Assembly: GCF_963921235.1 (NCBI RefSeq)
Contig: NC_086109.1
Location: 15,626,001 to 15,690,000 of the forward strand
DNA: 64,000 nt
Origin: Mobula hypostoma
Taxonomy: Eukaryota
Direction of reading: 5' to 3'
Shown here: one piece after another, positions 11,971 through 24,282 of the stretch
How the letters are laid out: every line of letters begins with the position of its first letter
Position numbering within the stretch: position 1 is the stretch's first letter
Made by a program: the position numbers and the translations under genes
The notes under the pieces: generated by a model
What the model saw: the letters and a program-made list of their open reading frames with translations, nothing else
Databases searched by the model: none
Told to the model about the DNA's origin: nothing

Positions 11971-12740
11971 TTCCAGTAAGATGGCAGCGTGCTCAGACGC
12001 AGTGGCCTCTCTAGGGCCAGCCAAAGGTGTTTTTCTCTTTTTTAAACAACTTTTTTACAATTACAAGAAAATGATGGACATTAAGAACTTCAAATGTTGC
12101 AGGTTTATCCCATCAGCAAGTTGCTTGTTGGTGGAGGAGCTGACCACGTTATTGCCTGCTACAGAAATGTGTTGGAGTCAGTGCACAAAGGTGGTGCGCC
12201 GCCCAACAATGATTGTCTTGGATATTTTTCTTGCGATTGCAAGACCCCTGTTGGACATTGGTAATGTAAAATACACTAAATTCAGTTCACTGGTTTATTG
12301 GAGAGACCAATGGCAGGGGAGCTGTGTGGCCCCGGCTGTGGCTAGGACTAGGCCTCATGCTGAGGGCTTGCCTGTTACAGCAGTCAAGGAGGGGAGTGTG
12401 GTACAGCATCTATGCTGGGTTAGGGTTGGCCCTTCCTGTCATTGCTGCCCTCCAGTGTTCATTCAGTGGAGTGCAAGCTGGATTGTGTGTGTCCGTACGT
12501 TCGTCTGTGAACTGCTGAGATTTCCTTGTTCTTTCCAACAACATCCACGCACAATCAATTTACAGGACACAGTATTTTTTTTTGTGTGACTTTATATTTA
12601 CTGCTATCTTATATGAGTTATATGTGCCAGTTGGTATTGTGTTTTGCACCTTGGCCCTGGAGGAAGACTTTTTGTTTGGCTGTATTGATGGGTATTCATG
12701 GATGGCTGAATGGTAACTGAACTTGAAATTTGAACTTGAA
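11971..12740 (+). mobile_element. Non-autonomous LINE-derived element with aagatggc 5' end and Rex1-type tail
   Basis: Begins ttccagtaagatggcagcg; ends ttggccctggagg..ctgaacttgaaatttgaacttgaa, a tail also seen near 29340 and 39650. Confidence 0.55.
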
Positions 12741-12917
12741 CAAGTCATAAAGGGACTTGTTGAGGCAACAGTAAATATCATGTACAGCTTTGGTCTTGTT
12801 CTTTAAAGAAGGATACACTTGCTTCTGAGGCAGTGTGCAAAGACCCAACGTACTGATTTCTTTAATGCAGAGGATTATCCCAAGACAATAGAAAACGAGG
12901 CGGGTATAAGTTCTGTG

Positions 12918-13322
12918 GAGTCATAGAGTCAGGTTCAAAGTTCAAAGTAGATTGAGCACTACAGCACAGAAACAGGCTTTTTGCCTTATTTAGTCCATGC
13001 CCAACTGTTATTCTGCCTTTTTCCATTGACCTGCACCTAATCCATAACCCTCCCCTCCATGTACAGTACCTATTGAAACTACTCTGAAAAGCTAAAATCA
13101 AACCCACATTCACCACTTCCACTGGCAGCCTGTTCCACACTCATACCACGCTCTGAGTGAAGAGATTCCAACACAGGTTCCCCTTAAATATTTCACCTTT
13201 CACTCTTAACCTATGACCTCCAGTTCTCATCTCACCCAAATTCAGTGGAAAAAGCCTGCTTGCATTTACTCTGTCTATACTCCTCATCATTTTGCATACG
13301 TCTATTAAATCTCCCTTCATTG
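12918..13322 (-). mobile_element. CR1 LINE 3' fragment
   Basis: MKGDLIDVCKMMRSIDRV..TGGHRLRVKG and MWNRLP in adjacent minus-strand ORFs. Confidence 0.8.
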
Positions 13323-14549
13323 TCTTGGAGTTTGAAGAATGGAAGACAATCGCACTAACACTAATAAAATTCTTAAAGGGCTTGAGAGAGCAAATACTTC
13401 TGTTGGTGAGGGTGAAAAACCAAAAGCTCACAATCTCAAAACAATGTGCCTGCAAGTTAGGGCTGAGATCAAGAGAAAGGATTAAGGTTTCTTCCAATTC
13501 TCTGCATTAGTCAATGCACTATGGATATCCAGTCACTTATACTAAAGATCTATGTATTTAGGTTGGTTAATGAGGGAAACACAGCATTTTGGGAAAGCAA
13601 GGAGAAAGCAGCTATGATCTTAATGAATGAGGGCCCAAACAAGATCTGAGAAGCAAAGTGATCTAATGCTACTTCATAAGGATGTATTTTATTTTAAATG
13701 GCATTTTGAAGTAAACCAGCAAGGCCTTGGAACATGAGGATGTGGATGTTTGCAGAGAATCTGGTATCCAATTAGCACTGTACAAGAAGACAAAGGATCT
13801 CTTTTACCAGCATTTAATATCCATAGCACATTGGCCCCAAGCCAACTTTTAAAGTCTTTTTAAAATGCAGCAAGGGATTATTATTGTTGAAGGTAGACAT
13901 CTTTCATGAGGAGGCCCTGAAGAAATTCATGCAACAGAAACACATTTGTGATAAAATGGCAGAATTACAGTGGATAATTGTGACAAAATGGCAGGCGATT
14001 AGGTCTTATCATAAGACAGGATTGAAGACATCATGGTACCTTAGTATTTTTCGACCGAGGTTATTTATTTATTTTTTAGTATTTGCCTGGCTTGTCTTAT
14101 TTTTCACATTGGTTGTTTGTTAATCTTTGTGTGTAGTTTTTCACTGATTCTATCGTATCTCTTCGTTTTACCGTAAATGCCTGCAAGAAAATAAATCTCG
14201 CGGTAGTATATATGATGACATATATGTACTTTGATAATAAATTTGCTTTGAACTTTGAAGGCTACCATAATCATGGATTGCATGCTCTTCGGTGGTAGTG
14301 AAGGCAAACTAGAAGATATTTAGCTTGTTTCTGACATTGGAGGAGAGTAGGTAGTACTGACAGAGTAATACCCACTCGTTGTTGTAGCTTGCTTATTCAA
14401 GTCTTTCTGTGTTTTGATAACACTATAGGATTGGGTTTCACTGCCAAATGCTGGAAATAACTTGGGCTACAACTGACTAGGTGCATTTATTGAAACGATA
14501 CTATATGACCTTAAACACTCAGGTTGCCCATTCAGATATTTCATTCCAT

Positions 14550-17098
14550 AAGACCATAAGACCATAAGACAAAGGAGCAGAAGTAGGCCATTCGGCCCAT
14601 CGAGTCTGCTCCGCCATTTTATCATGAGCTGATCCATTTTATACTATTTAGTCCCACTGCCCCGCCTTCTCACCATAACCTTTGATGCCCTGGCTACTCA
14701 GATACCTATCAATCTCTGCCTTAAAGACACCCAATGACTTGGCCTCCACTGCTGCCCGTGGCAACAAATTCCATAGATTCACCACCCTCTGACTAAAAAA
14801 ATTTTTTCGCATTTCGGTTCTGAAAGGGCGCCCTTCAATCCTGAAGTCATGCCCTCTCGTACTAGACTCCCCCATCATGGGAAACAACTTTGCCACATCC
14901 ACTCTGTCCATGCCTTTTAACATTCAAAATGTTTCTATGAGGTCGCCCCTCATTCTTTTAAACTCCAAGGAATACAGTCCAAGAGTGGACAAACGTTCCT
15001 CATATGTTAACCCTCTCATTCCCGGAATCATTCTAGTGAATCTTCTCTGTACCCTCTCCAACGTCAGCACATCCTTTCTTAAATAAGGAGACCAAAACTG
15101 CCCACAGTACTCCAAGTGAGGTCTCACCAGCGCCTTATAGAGCCTCAACATCACATCCCTGCTCCTATACTCTATTCCTCTAGAAATGAATGCCAACATT
15201 GCATTCGCCTTCTTCACTACCGACTCAACCTGGAGGTTAACTTTAAGGGAATCCTGTACGAGGACTCCCAAGTCCCGTTGCATCTCAGAACTTTGAATTC
15301 TTTCCCCACTTAAATAATAGTCTGCCCGTTTATTTTTTCTGCCAAAGTGCATAACCATACACTTTCCAACATTGTACTTCATTTGCCACTTCTCTGCCCA
15401 TTCTTCCAATCTATCCAAGTCTCTCTGCAGACTCTCTGTTTCCTCAGCACTACCGGCCCCTCCACCTATCTTCGTATCGTCAGCAAACTTAGCCACAAAG
15501 CCCTCTATTCCATAATCCAAATCGTTGATGTACAATGTAAAAAGAAGCGGCCCCAACACTGATCCCTGTGGAACACCACTGGTAACCGGCAGCCAACCAG
15601 AATAGGATCCCTTTATTCCCACTCTCTGTTTCCTGCCAATCAGCCAATGCTCTATCCACATATGCAACTTTCCTGTAATTCCATGGGCTCTTATCTTGTT
15701 AAGCAGCCTCGTATGTGGCACCTTGTCTAAGGCCTTCTGAAAATCCAAATATACAACATCCACTGCATCTCCCTTGTCTAGCCTACTGGTAATTTCCTCA
15801 AAAAATTGTAATAGGCTTGTCAGGCAGGATTTTCCTTTAAGGAATCCATGCTGAGTTCTGCCTATCTTGTCAAATGCCTCCAGGTACTCTGTAACCTCAT
15901 CCTTGACAATCGACTCCAACAACTTCCCAACCACCGACGTCAAGCTAACAGGTCTAATTTCCTTTTTGCTTCCTTGCCCCCTTCTTAAATAGCGGAGTGA
16001 CATTCGCAATCTTCCAGTCTTCCAGAACCATGCCAGAATCTATCAACTTTTGAAAGATCATCGTTAATGCCTCCGCAATCTCCACAGCTACTTCCTTCAG
16101 AACACGAGGGTGCATTCCATCTGGTCCAGGAGATTTATCGACCTTTAGCCTATTCAGCTTCCTGAGTACTTTCTCTGTCGTAATTGTGACTGCGCACACT
16201 TCTCTTCCCTGCCACCCTTGAGTGTCCGGTATCCTGCTGTCTTCCTCAGTGAAGACTGATGCAAAATACTTGTTCAGTTCCTCTGCCATCTCCTCATCTC
16301 CCATTACAATTTCTCCAGTATCATTTTCTATCGGTCCTATATCTACTCTCACCTGTCTTTTACTCTTTATATACTTGAAAAAGCTTTTAGTATCCTCTTC
16401 GATATTATTTGCTAGTTTCCTTTCATAGTTAATCTTTTCTCTCTTAATGACCTTCTTGGTTTCCTTTTGTAAGGTTTTAAAGACTTCCCAATCCTCTGTC
16501 TTCCCACTAATTTTTGCTTCCTTGTATGCCCTCTCCTTAGCTTTAACTTTGGCTTTGACTTCTCTTGTCAACCACGATTGCATCCTTTTTCCACTCAAAA
16601 ATTTCTTCTTTTTTGGAATATACCTGTCTTGCACATTCCTCATTTCTCGCATAAACTCCAGCCACTGCTGCTCTGCCGTCTTTCCCGCCAGTGTCTCTTT
16701 CCGGTCAACTTTGCCAGTTCCTCTCTCATGCCACTGTAGTTTCCTTTACTCCACTGAAACACCGACACATCAGATTTCGGCTTCTCTTTTTCTAATTTCA
16801 CAGTGAACTCAATCATGTTATGATCACTGCCTCCTAAGGGTTCCTTCACCTCAATCTCTCCAATCACCTCCGGTTCATTACACAATACCCAATCCAGTAT
16901 AGCCGATCCCCTAGTGGGCTCAACAACAAGCTGTTCTAAAAAGCCATCTTGCAGACATTCTACAAATTCTCTCTCTTGAGATCCAGTGCCGACCTGATTT
17001 TTCCAATCTACTCGCATGTTAAAATCCCCCACAATTATCATAACACTGCCCTTCTGACAAGCCTTTTCTATTTCCAGTTGTAATTTGTAGTCCACATC
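14550..17098 (-). mobile_element. Young CR1 LINE, 5'-truncated; disrupted ORF2 (partial endonuclease plus RT)
   Basis: GDFN, SDH, KSPGPDG, GVPQGSVLGP, FADD, LERVQRRFTR over ORFs 16640-17170, 15954-16652, 14924-16009, 14648-14923; two frameshifts and one stop; (CATAAGAC)n tail; cattccat on both flanks. Confidence 0.96.
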
Positions 17099-17896
17099 CA
17101 TTCCATCACTTCTCACCCTCTTAGGAACTAATACATGCAAATATTCAATAGCAAATGAAAACTGGGACACAATTTTTCTTAAGCCCCCTGTGATTCTTCT
17201 CCGAACTTGCTTTCACCAGCATCTAATAGATGAATCTTTGATTCCAAGACAATCCTGTGTGACACAGTGAAAAATGAGGTTGTTGGAATACTTGGAGCAT
17301 TCTGTTTCAACTTAATCCTTGTGCTAGTGCCTGTATCAATGGCTTAGATTCATTGAGTCATACCATACATCTTCATCAACATGCTGCAGTACTACTGAAA
17401 AGCAGCAGTCACATTGGTCACCTATCTTTCTCAGGGTGCAGTGTTAATGAGGTGACTGTCTAGTTGGCGCTATGAAATTCAGAATAAGCCTTTGCTACAA
17501 AGCTTTTGCTGAGCAATATTTTTATATTTTTGTATTCTTATCCTTATTTTCAACTCCACTATTGCTTCTCTGCACTCCAGACGTTAATCTCTCTCCTTGG
17601 CAGTCCTCAATCTTCTCAAGCATCTGAGATACAAGGGCTTCTCCACTTTTGAATCATCTCCCGATTCAATTGTTCCAATATTTTCTATTGTGTCATTTTA
17701 ACTGCAAAGGGCCTGGCTCCTGGAATTCCTCCCTTCTTGAACCTCCAATCCTACAGACTCTGAGATATCTGACTTCTGCCACCTCTGGCTTATTGATCAT
17801 TTCCAAGTTCATTTACCACACCATTGGCAATGCTATTTTTTACAGCAAAGGTCCTGGCTCTTCCTCATCAATCTTCTCTACCATCCTTTTCCCCTT

Positions 17897-18490
17897 TAGA
17901 GAGTATAGAACATTCCAGCACAATACAGGCACTTTGGTCCATGATATTATTCTGCCACTTAAATTACTCTAAGATTAATCTAACCTTTCCCTCCACAGAG
18001 CACCACCTCCATTTTTCTTTCATCCATGTGCCTATCTTAGGCTCTCAAATGTTCCTAAAGTATCTGTTTCAAATACCACACCTGAAAGGGCATTCTATGC
18101 ACCTACCACTCTTTTGTGGGAAACAACTACCTCTAACATTACCCCCCCCCACACTTTCCTCCAATCACCATAAAATTATGCCCTGTTGTATTTGCCATTT
18201 CCACACTGGGAAGGAGTCTCTGGCTATCCACTTCATCTGTATTTCTTATCATTTTGTACACCTCTATCAAGTCACCTCTCATCCTCCTTCTCCCCAAAGA
18301 GAAAAGCACTAGTTCACTCAACCTATCTTCCTAAGACATGCTCCCTAATTTGGGCAACATTCAGGTAGACCTCCTCCGCACCCTCTTCAAAGCCTCCACA
18401 TCCTTCCTGTAATATGGCAACCTGAACTGAACACAATGCTCTAAATGTGGTCTAAACAGAGTTCTCTAGAGCTCCAACTTTACCTCATGT
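17897..18490 (-). mobile_element. Old CR1 LINE 3' fragment
   Basis: LFSLGRRRMRGDLIEVYKMIR in ORF 18139-18321. Confidence 0.8.
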
Positions 18491-18556
18491 AAAATCAACT
18501 TCTTCAAACAAACCCTTGGTCAATTCCATTAATACCTTCCCTTGTATCTTGGTACT

Positions 18557-18940
18557 AGAAACATAGAAACATAGAAACATAGAAAACCTACAGCACAATA
18601 CAGGCCCTTCGGCCCACAAAGTTGTGCCGAACATGTCCCTACCTTAGAAATACCAGGGTTATCCATAGCCCTCTATTTTTCTAAGCTCCATATACCTATC
18701 CAAAAGCCTCTTAAAAGACCCTATCGTATCCACCTCCACCACCGTTGCCGGCAGCCCAATCCACGCACTCACCACTCTCTACGTAAAAAACTTACCCCTG
18801 ACATCTCCTCTGTACCTACTCCCAAGCACCTTAAACCTGTGTCATCTTGTGGCAGACATTTCAGCCCTGGGAAAAAGCCTCTGACTATCCACACTATCAA
18901 TGCCTCTTATCTCTATCAGGAAACCTCTCATCCTCCGTCG
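18557..18940 (-). mobile_element. Younger CR1 LINE 3' end with (CATAGAAA)n tail
   Basis: agaaacatagaaacatagaaacatagaaaacctacagcacaatacaggcccttcggccca terminus typical of CR1 3' ends. Confidence 0.85.
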
Positions 18941-19651
18941 GCATGACTGGAAGAGCCAGAAGGGCTTATTCCATTCCGTATCTCAATAAATAAATAAAAG
19001 AAAATGAATCTCAGGGTAGCAGATGGTGACATATGCATATTTTGATAATAAATTTATTTTGAAAAGTCTGCCGACACAACCATCTTATAACAAACATGCT
19101 GAAAGAATACAGAAAATGCTGGGTGCACTTGTGGAGGAAGTAGCAGAGACAATATTTCCAGCTGATGGCTTTTCATAACGACATGCTTCCTAATGTCTCT
19201 TTAAAATGATACGTTTTACCGCTGACCAAGGATTTCTTGTCTCTAAAATCCTGCCAGCTTATGCTGATTCATGAGTTTTTGACTAACGTTCTTGAGCCAC
19301 TCACTGTGAAATGAGGAGACTGTTCTGCCATCAAGTGGCCCAAGGAAAGCTGTTTCATCACAAAGATGGCTAATCAGTGACTGGAGAAATGCATGAAATA
19401 AAACCTCATTTGTTTTCCAGCTACAGTTATCAACCCTTTACATGTAGATTTACTTTGACAGAAAACATGCAGCAAAGACCTTCAGTTTTCGAGTACAGTT
19501 AATGATGAGCTAATTATTCATGGTAATGATATTTAGCTGAGTGCAAGTTTCTGATACATATTGAAAAAAGCCATCTAATGGCATAGTCTATTTACTCTCC
19601 ATTCACATCTTTTTCCTCAAATTATTTTTGTATGATCATATAGCCACAATC

Positions 19652-20750
19652 TGTATGGATTGGTAATAATATCCTCGCTGATGATCAGCACTGGCACACC
19701 TCAGGGATATGTGCCTAACCCACTGCTCTACTCTGTCTATACCCATGACTGTGTGGTTAGTTATTGCTCAAATGCCATCTATAAATTTGTTGATGATACA
19801 AACATTGTTGGCAGAATCTCAGCTGAAGACGAGAGGGCCTACAAGAGCGAGATATACCAGCTAGTTGACTGGTGTCACAGCAACAACCTCGCACCTAACG
19901 TTAGTAAGACCGAAGAGCTGATTGTGGACTGCAGAGAGAGTAGGACGAGGGAACACAAACCAATCCTCATAGAGGGATCAGAAGTGGAGAGAGTGAGCAA
20001 TACCAAGGTCCTGGGTGTCGAGATCTCTGGTCCCAACATATTGATGCAGCTATAAAGAAAGCAAGGCAGTGGCTATATTTCATTAGGAGTTTGAGGAGAT
20101 TTGGTTTGTCACCCAAAACAGTCAAAAACTTCTACAGATGTACCATGGAGAGCATCTTCACAGGTTACATCACTCTGGTTTGGAAGGGCTACTGCATAGG
20201 ATGGAAAGAAGCCATAGAAAGTTGTAAAATTAGTCAGCTCCATCTTGGAACCTAGCCTCTGTAGTCTGCAATACATGTTCAAAGAGCGGTGCCTCAGAAA
20301 GGCAAAGCCCATTATTAAGAACCCCATCATCCAGGACATGCTCTCTTCTCACTGCTGCCATCAGGAAGAAGGTACAGGAGTCTCATGACTCACACCACCA
20401 GGATCAGGAACAGTTATTACCCCTCAACCATCAGGTTCTTGAACTCCACTTGCCCCATCATTGAAATGCTCCCTCGACCAATGGACTAACTTTCAAGGAC
20501 TCTTCATCTCATGTTCTCAATAATTATTGCTTATTTATTTATAATTATTATTTCATTGTTTTTATATTTGCACAGTTTCTTGTCTTTTGCACACTGCTCA
20601 AACTCCAAAGTTGGTGCGGTATTTCATTGATTCTGTTATAGTTATTGCTCTATAGATTTGTTGAGAATGCCCACAAGGAAATGAATCTCAGGGTTATATA
20701 TGGTGACATATATGTACTTAGATAATAAATTTACTTTGAACATTTGAACT
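19652..20750 (+). mobile_element. Rex1/Babar-type LINE, 5'-truncated RT pseudogene
   Basis: STGTPQG..PLLYSVYTHDC..KFVDDT..SKTEELIVD; tail gaatctcagggtt..gataataaatttactttgaac. Confidence 0.88.
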
Positions 20751-21696
20751 TCTGTGATAGTGTTATGATAACTGGTATGCTACCATGCCATTCCAGGGTA
20801 GGACAAGATAAAATGATAATTAAGTGTATAATATAGTGTTGCAGTTACAGAGAAGGCGCCGTGCAGGTTGACACGAAGCTGCAAGATCTCAACGAGGTAG
20901 GCTGTGACATCAAAAATCTGTCTTATTGTATAAGACTTTTTAAAAACGGCAGGATGGAAGCTGCCCTTCAGTCTGTTGATATGTGCTTTCAGGCTTCTGC
21001 ATCTTCTGGACGGGGGGGAGAAGAGGGAATGTTGGAGTGGGTGGGGTGTTTGATTATACTGGCTGCTTTACTAAGGCAGCAAGAAGAGATCTCATGGTAC
21101 TCTATTGAGGAACAGCATGCCAGTTTTTCCCAGTGTGATGGCCAATGCTTACCTCTCAATCAACAACACTATAATAGACCACTGTCTTAGTTGTATATGT
21201 GGGACCTTGCTGTGTTCAACTTGTCAGCCTCATTCCATCTTTCAATTGAAGTTATACTTCAAAAACACTTCAGTAATGAAGGACAGGAAAAACCATGGCA
21301 TAAATAGCTTTCTTTATGTTAGCTCCTTGTTGTGAAGGTTCCGAGACATCAATTTTTCATACATTCACCTACCTAACAGCAGTACACAGACATCACAAAT
21401 ATAGTAAAATGAGTATCTGGAAAGAATATGAAAAGTTTATGTCAGGGTTAAGAAATCTACTCAATTGAATAAACCAGCTTGTTTTGCTTCAAAGAAGCCA
21501 TTTTGATAATTAGATCAGGAAAATAAACCAATCCAATGCCGTATGTTCATTAAATAATTGAAGCAAAAATATTCAAATTATAACTGTCTTTTACATGTTA
21601 AGTATGCCCTCCATTTAATAGAATTGCCGTTGAAAATGAATCTAAAAATTAGAAAGAAACTGATTGTGCCTATTTTTCTGTGGTAATCTAACCAAA

Positions 21697-22100
21697 GGAT
21701 GGCAGAGCAGAGATAATCTCTCTACCAGAAGAGGTGGAAGGTGCCCCCTTCCCTTCACTAGCCTGCAGAGCACCCTTGGATAACATGTAGCACCTGCTTA
21801 GTGTCGCCCACCCCCCCCCCCCCCCCGATCAGGGTCACTTGAAGCCATGAGAGCAGATCGTGGATGGTCATATGAGCAGCTGGTGCATATCACAAGTCCT
21901 GGTTATGCAACCACTAGCGCCAGGCAGACAATCTCTGAAGAGCATTGACAATGGCTGGGGTCTCCCGTCTTGAAAAGACACTGCCCAAAAGAAGGCAGTG
22001 GCAAACCACTTCTGGAGAAAAATTTGCCCAGAACAATCATGGTCAAAGAAAGACCATGATCACCTATGTCATATGACGTGGCACATAATGAATGAATGAA
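21697..22100 (+). mobile_element. RTE-derived short retroposon with (AATG)n tail
   Basis: gaaggcagtggcaaaccacttc resembles the Bov-A/RTE gaaggcaatggcaacccactcc motif; ends gtggcacataatgaatgaatgaat; second copy at 2887. Confidence 0.7.
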
Positions 22101-22704
22101 TTTTACCAAAAAAAAACATTTTGTGCGTGGTTATATTTTTACACCAACTTCCCATTGGAGTCCCTCCCTATCAGAAATTAGACAACACTTCCTCTCATGA
22201 TTCACCTGGTGAGGTTTTCACTCCTCTCTCCGACTCCACTCGGTACACATGAAAACACATCAGCATGTGCAGCATATTCTGACTTACCAGCTGGAATTGG
22301 ATTGTAAGTTTGGAGGCTGCCATTTTTGTTGGCAACTCATAATTGAACAAGGAACACATCTAAAACCACATGTTGATTATGTGGTCCCCAATAGGATATT
22401 AGTTTACTTCCATTGACACCCCAACATTAATTTCAAAAGAGCTGCCCTTTTCAAGAGCAGAGAAGACCTTGCAGTGATCGTAATCCAAATGTTGCAATCT
22501 GTGACCTAAACAATCACTATAGGTTTCAGATCCAATATATCTACTCCACAGTGTAAAAGAGAATCAAAATCAGAATCAGGTTTATTATCACAGACATATG
22601 TTGTGAAATTTGTTGTTTTCTGGCAGAGGTACAAACTAATACATAAAAACTATAAATTACAATAAGAAACAATATATATGTGTGTGTGTGTTCAAAAAAG
22701 TGAT

Positions 22705-23231
22705 AAATAAGCAGTAAGACAATTCAGAACTGTTTTGCTCACTGTGGTTTCAAGCATTGAGGCTTGGAGATGCCAGAAACAGCCGGAAGTAAAAATGAAA
22801 CCATTTCACTACCTCATCAATTTCGGAACTATGAGGAATTTGAAAGTATCAACAATTGTCTTGAGAGTTACAATGATATTGAAGACTTGGAAGATGCAAT
22901 CATCAATAACATTGTGTGAAAGGCAGTCCATTATCTGCATTAGGTGTTTGATTTTGTTTGTTTGTTGTCAATCAAAAGAACACAGAAGCAAACATAGATG
23001 AATTCTTCCACCAACAACTATTAGAAGTTAATAAGTGTTATAGTACTGTAGTAGTGTACTCAATTTTTTTCTGTATTTCATTTAAATACATAATTTTTTA
23101 CTAGGTTAAATGGTAGCTTGTCATTTTTATACCTTTTTAACTATTTCCATGACATAGTTAATTGGGACAGCCACTTAATTGTTCCCAAATGTACTGGTAC
23201 TGATGTGTCCCAATTAACCAGAATTCACTAT
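22705..23231 (+). mobile_element. pogo/Tigger-like DNA transposon right-end fragment
   Basis: TIQNCFAHCGFK-type transposase C-terminal remnant and terminus gtcccaattaaccagaattcactata. Confidence 0.65.
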
Positions 23232-24282
23232 ATACATACGTATGGGCGTCATAGTAGCGTAGCAGTTAGTGTGACACTATTACAACTTGGGGCATTGCGG
23301 AATTTGCAGTTTAGTTCCAACGCTGTTCTGTATTTCACCCCATAGAATACGTGGGTTTTCTCTGGGTGCTCTGGATTCCTCCCAAAGCCCAAAGGCATAC
23401 TGGGTAGTTAATTGATCATTGTAAATTATCCCATGATCAGGTTAGAGTTCTTGGGGTTGTGGGGTTGATGGAGCAGCGTGGGTCAAAGAGTCAGAAGGGC
23501 CTACTTTGCATTGTATCACTAAATATATAAATAATAATAAATATGTGTATTATATTTGTGTGTAGTGCAAAAAAATGAGAACAAAAATAATGAGGCCATG
23601 TTCTTCATTCATCCAGAAACCTGATGGTGAAGGGGAAGAAGCTGTTCCTAAAATGTTGAGTGTGTGTCTTCAGGCTCCTGTACCTCCTCCCTGATAACTA
23701 AAGTGTTTTTCTCCACCTCCTCCCCAATCCCAAATACCTCGTTCTGCCTGCAGTTCCCAATTTCTGCCTTAACCTTAAGCCCTATTTTCCCTTCACCTCC
23801 ACTGCAACCATTCAGGTTGCCACAGAGAGAGCTCTTTAACAACACTTTCCTGATGAGCATGCTTGTGAATGATGTGTCACCTGTGAGCTCAGGCAGGTGC
23901 TGACCATGGTCCTGCAAATAAACTCCTCCCATCTGGGAAAAAAGGTGAAACAGATATTTTCTAAATGTCAAAGCTCCATCCTCCTGAGTTTTGTTTGGTT
24001 TCACTCAATTTCAAAGTAGGGAGGGAAGTGGAGCTGATTTAACTCTCCAGAAAGTGGGTGAAATCTAATATACCTAAGACAATCCCTTTGTGGATTTTGA
24101 GTAGCATTGTAACAGTTGCAACTAATTCAGGCAAGTTTAAGTGTATTGTCATTACACATGTATACAGTACAACTAAATGAAACAATGTTCGTCAGGGACC
24201 CAGGTGTAAAATGTATCATGTACCACACGTAAAATAATATGAACACAATAATATGAACAGATAAAAATGTATTCTGTAGATA

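Noticed and set aside
11954..12589. 211-aa ORF
   Set aside because: Non-ATG start, no recognisable domain, lies within a repeat-derived element
21935..21945. CUGAAGAG as a hammerhead core in the RTE-derived element
   Set aside because: No stem II followed by GAAA and no NUH site in the required arrangement
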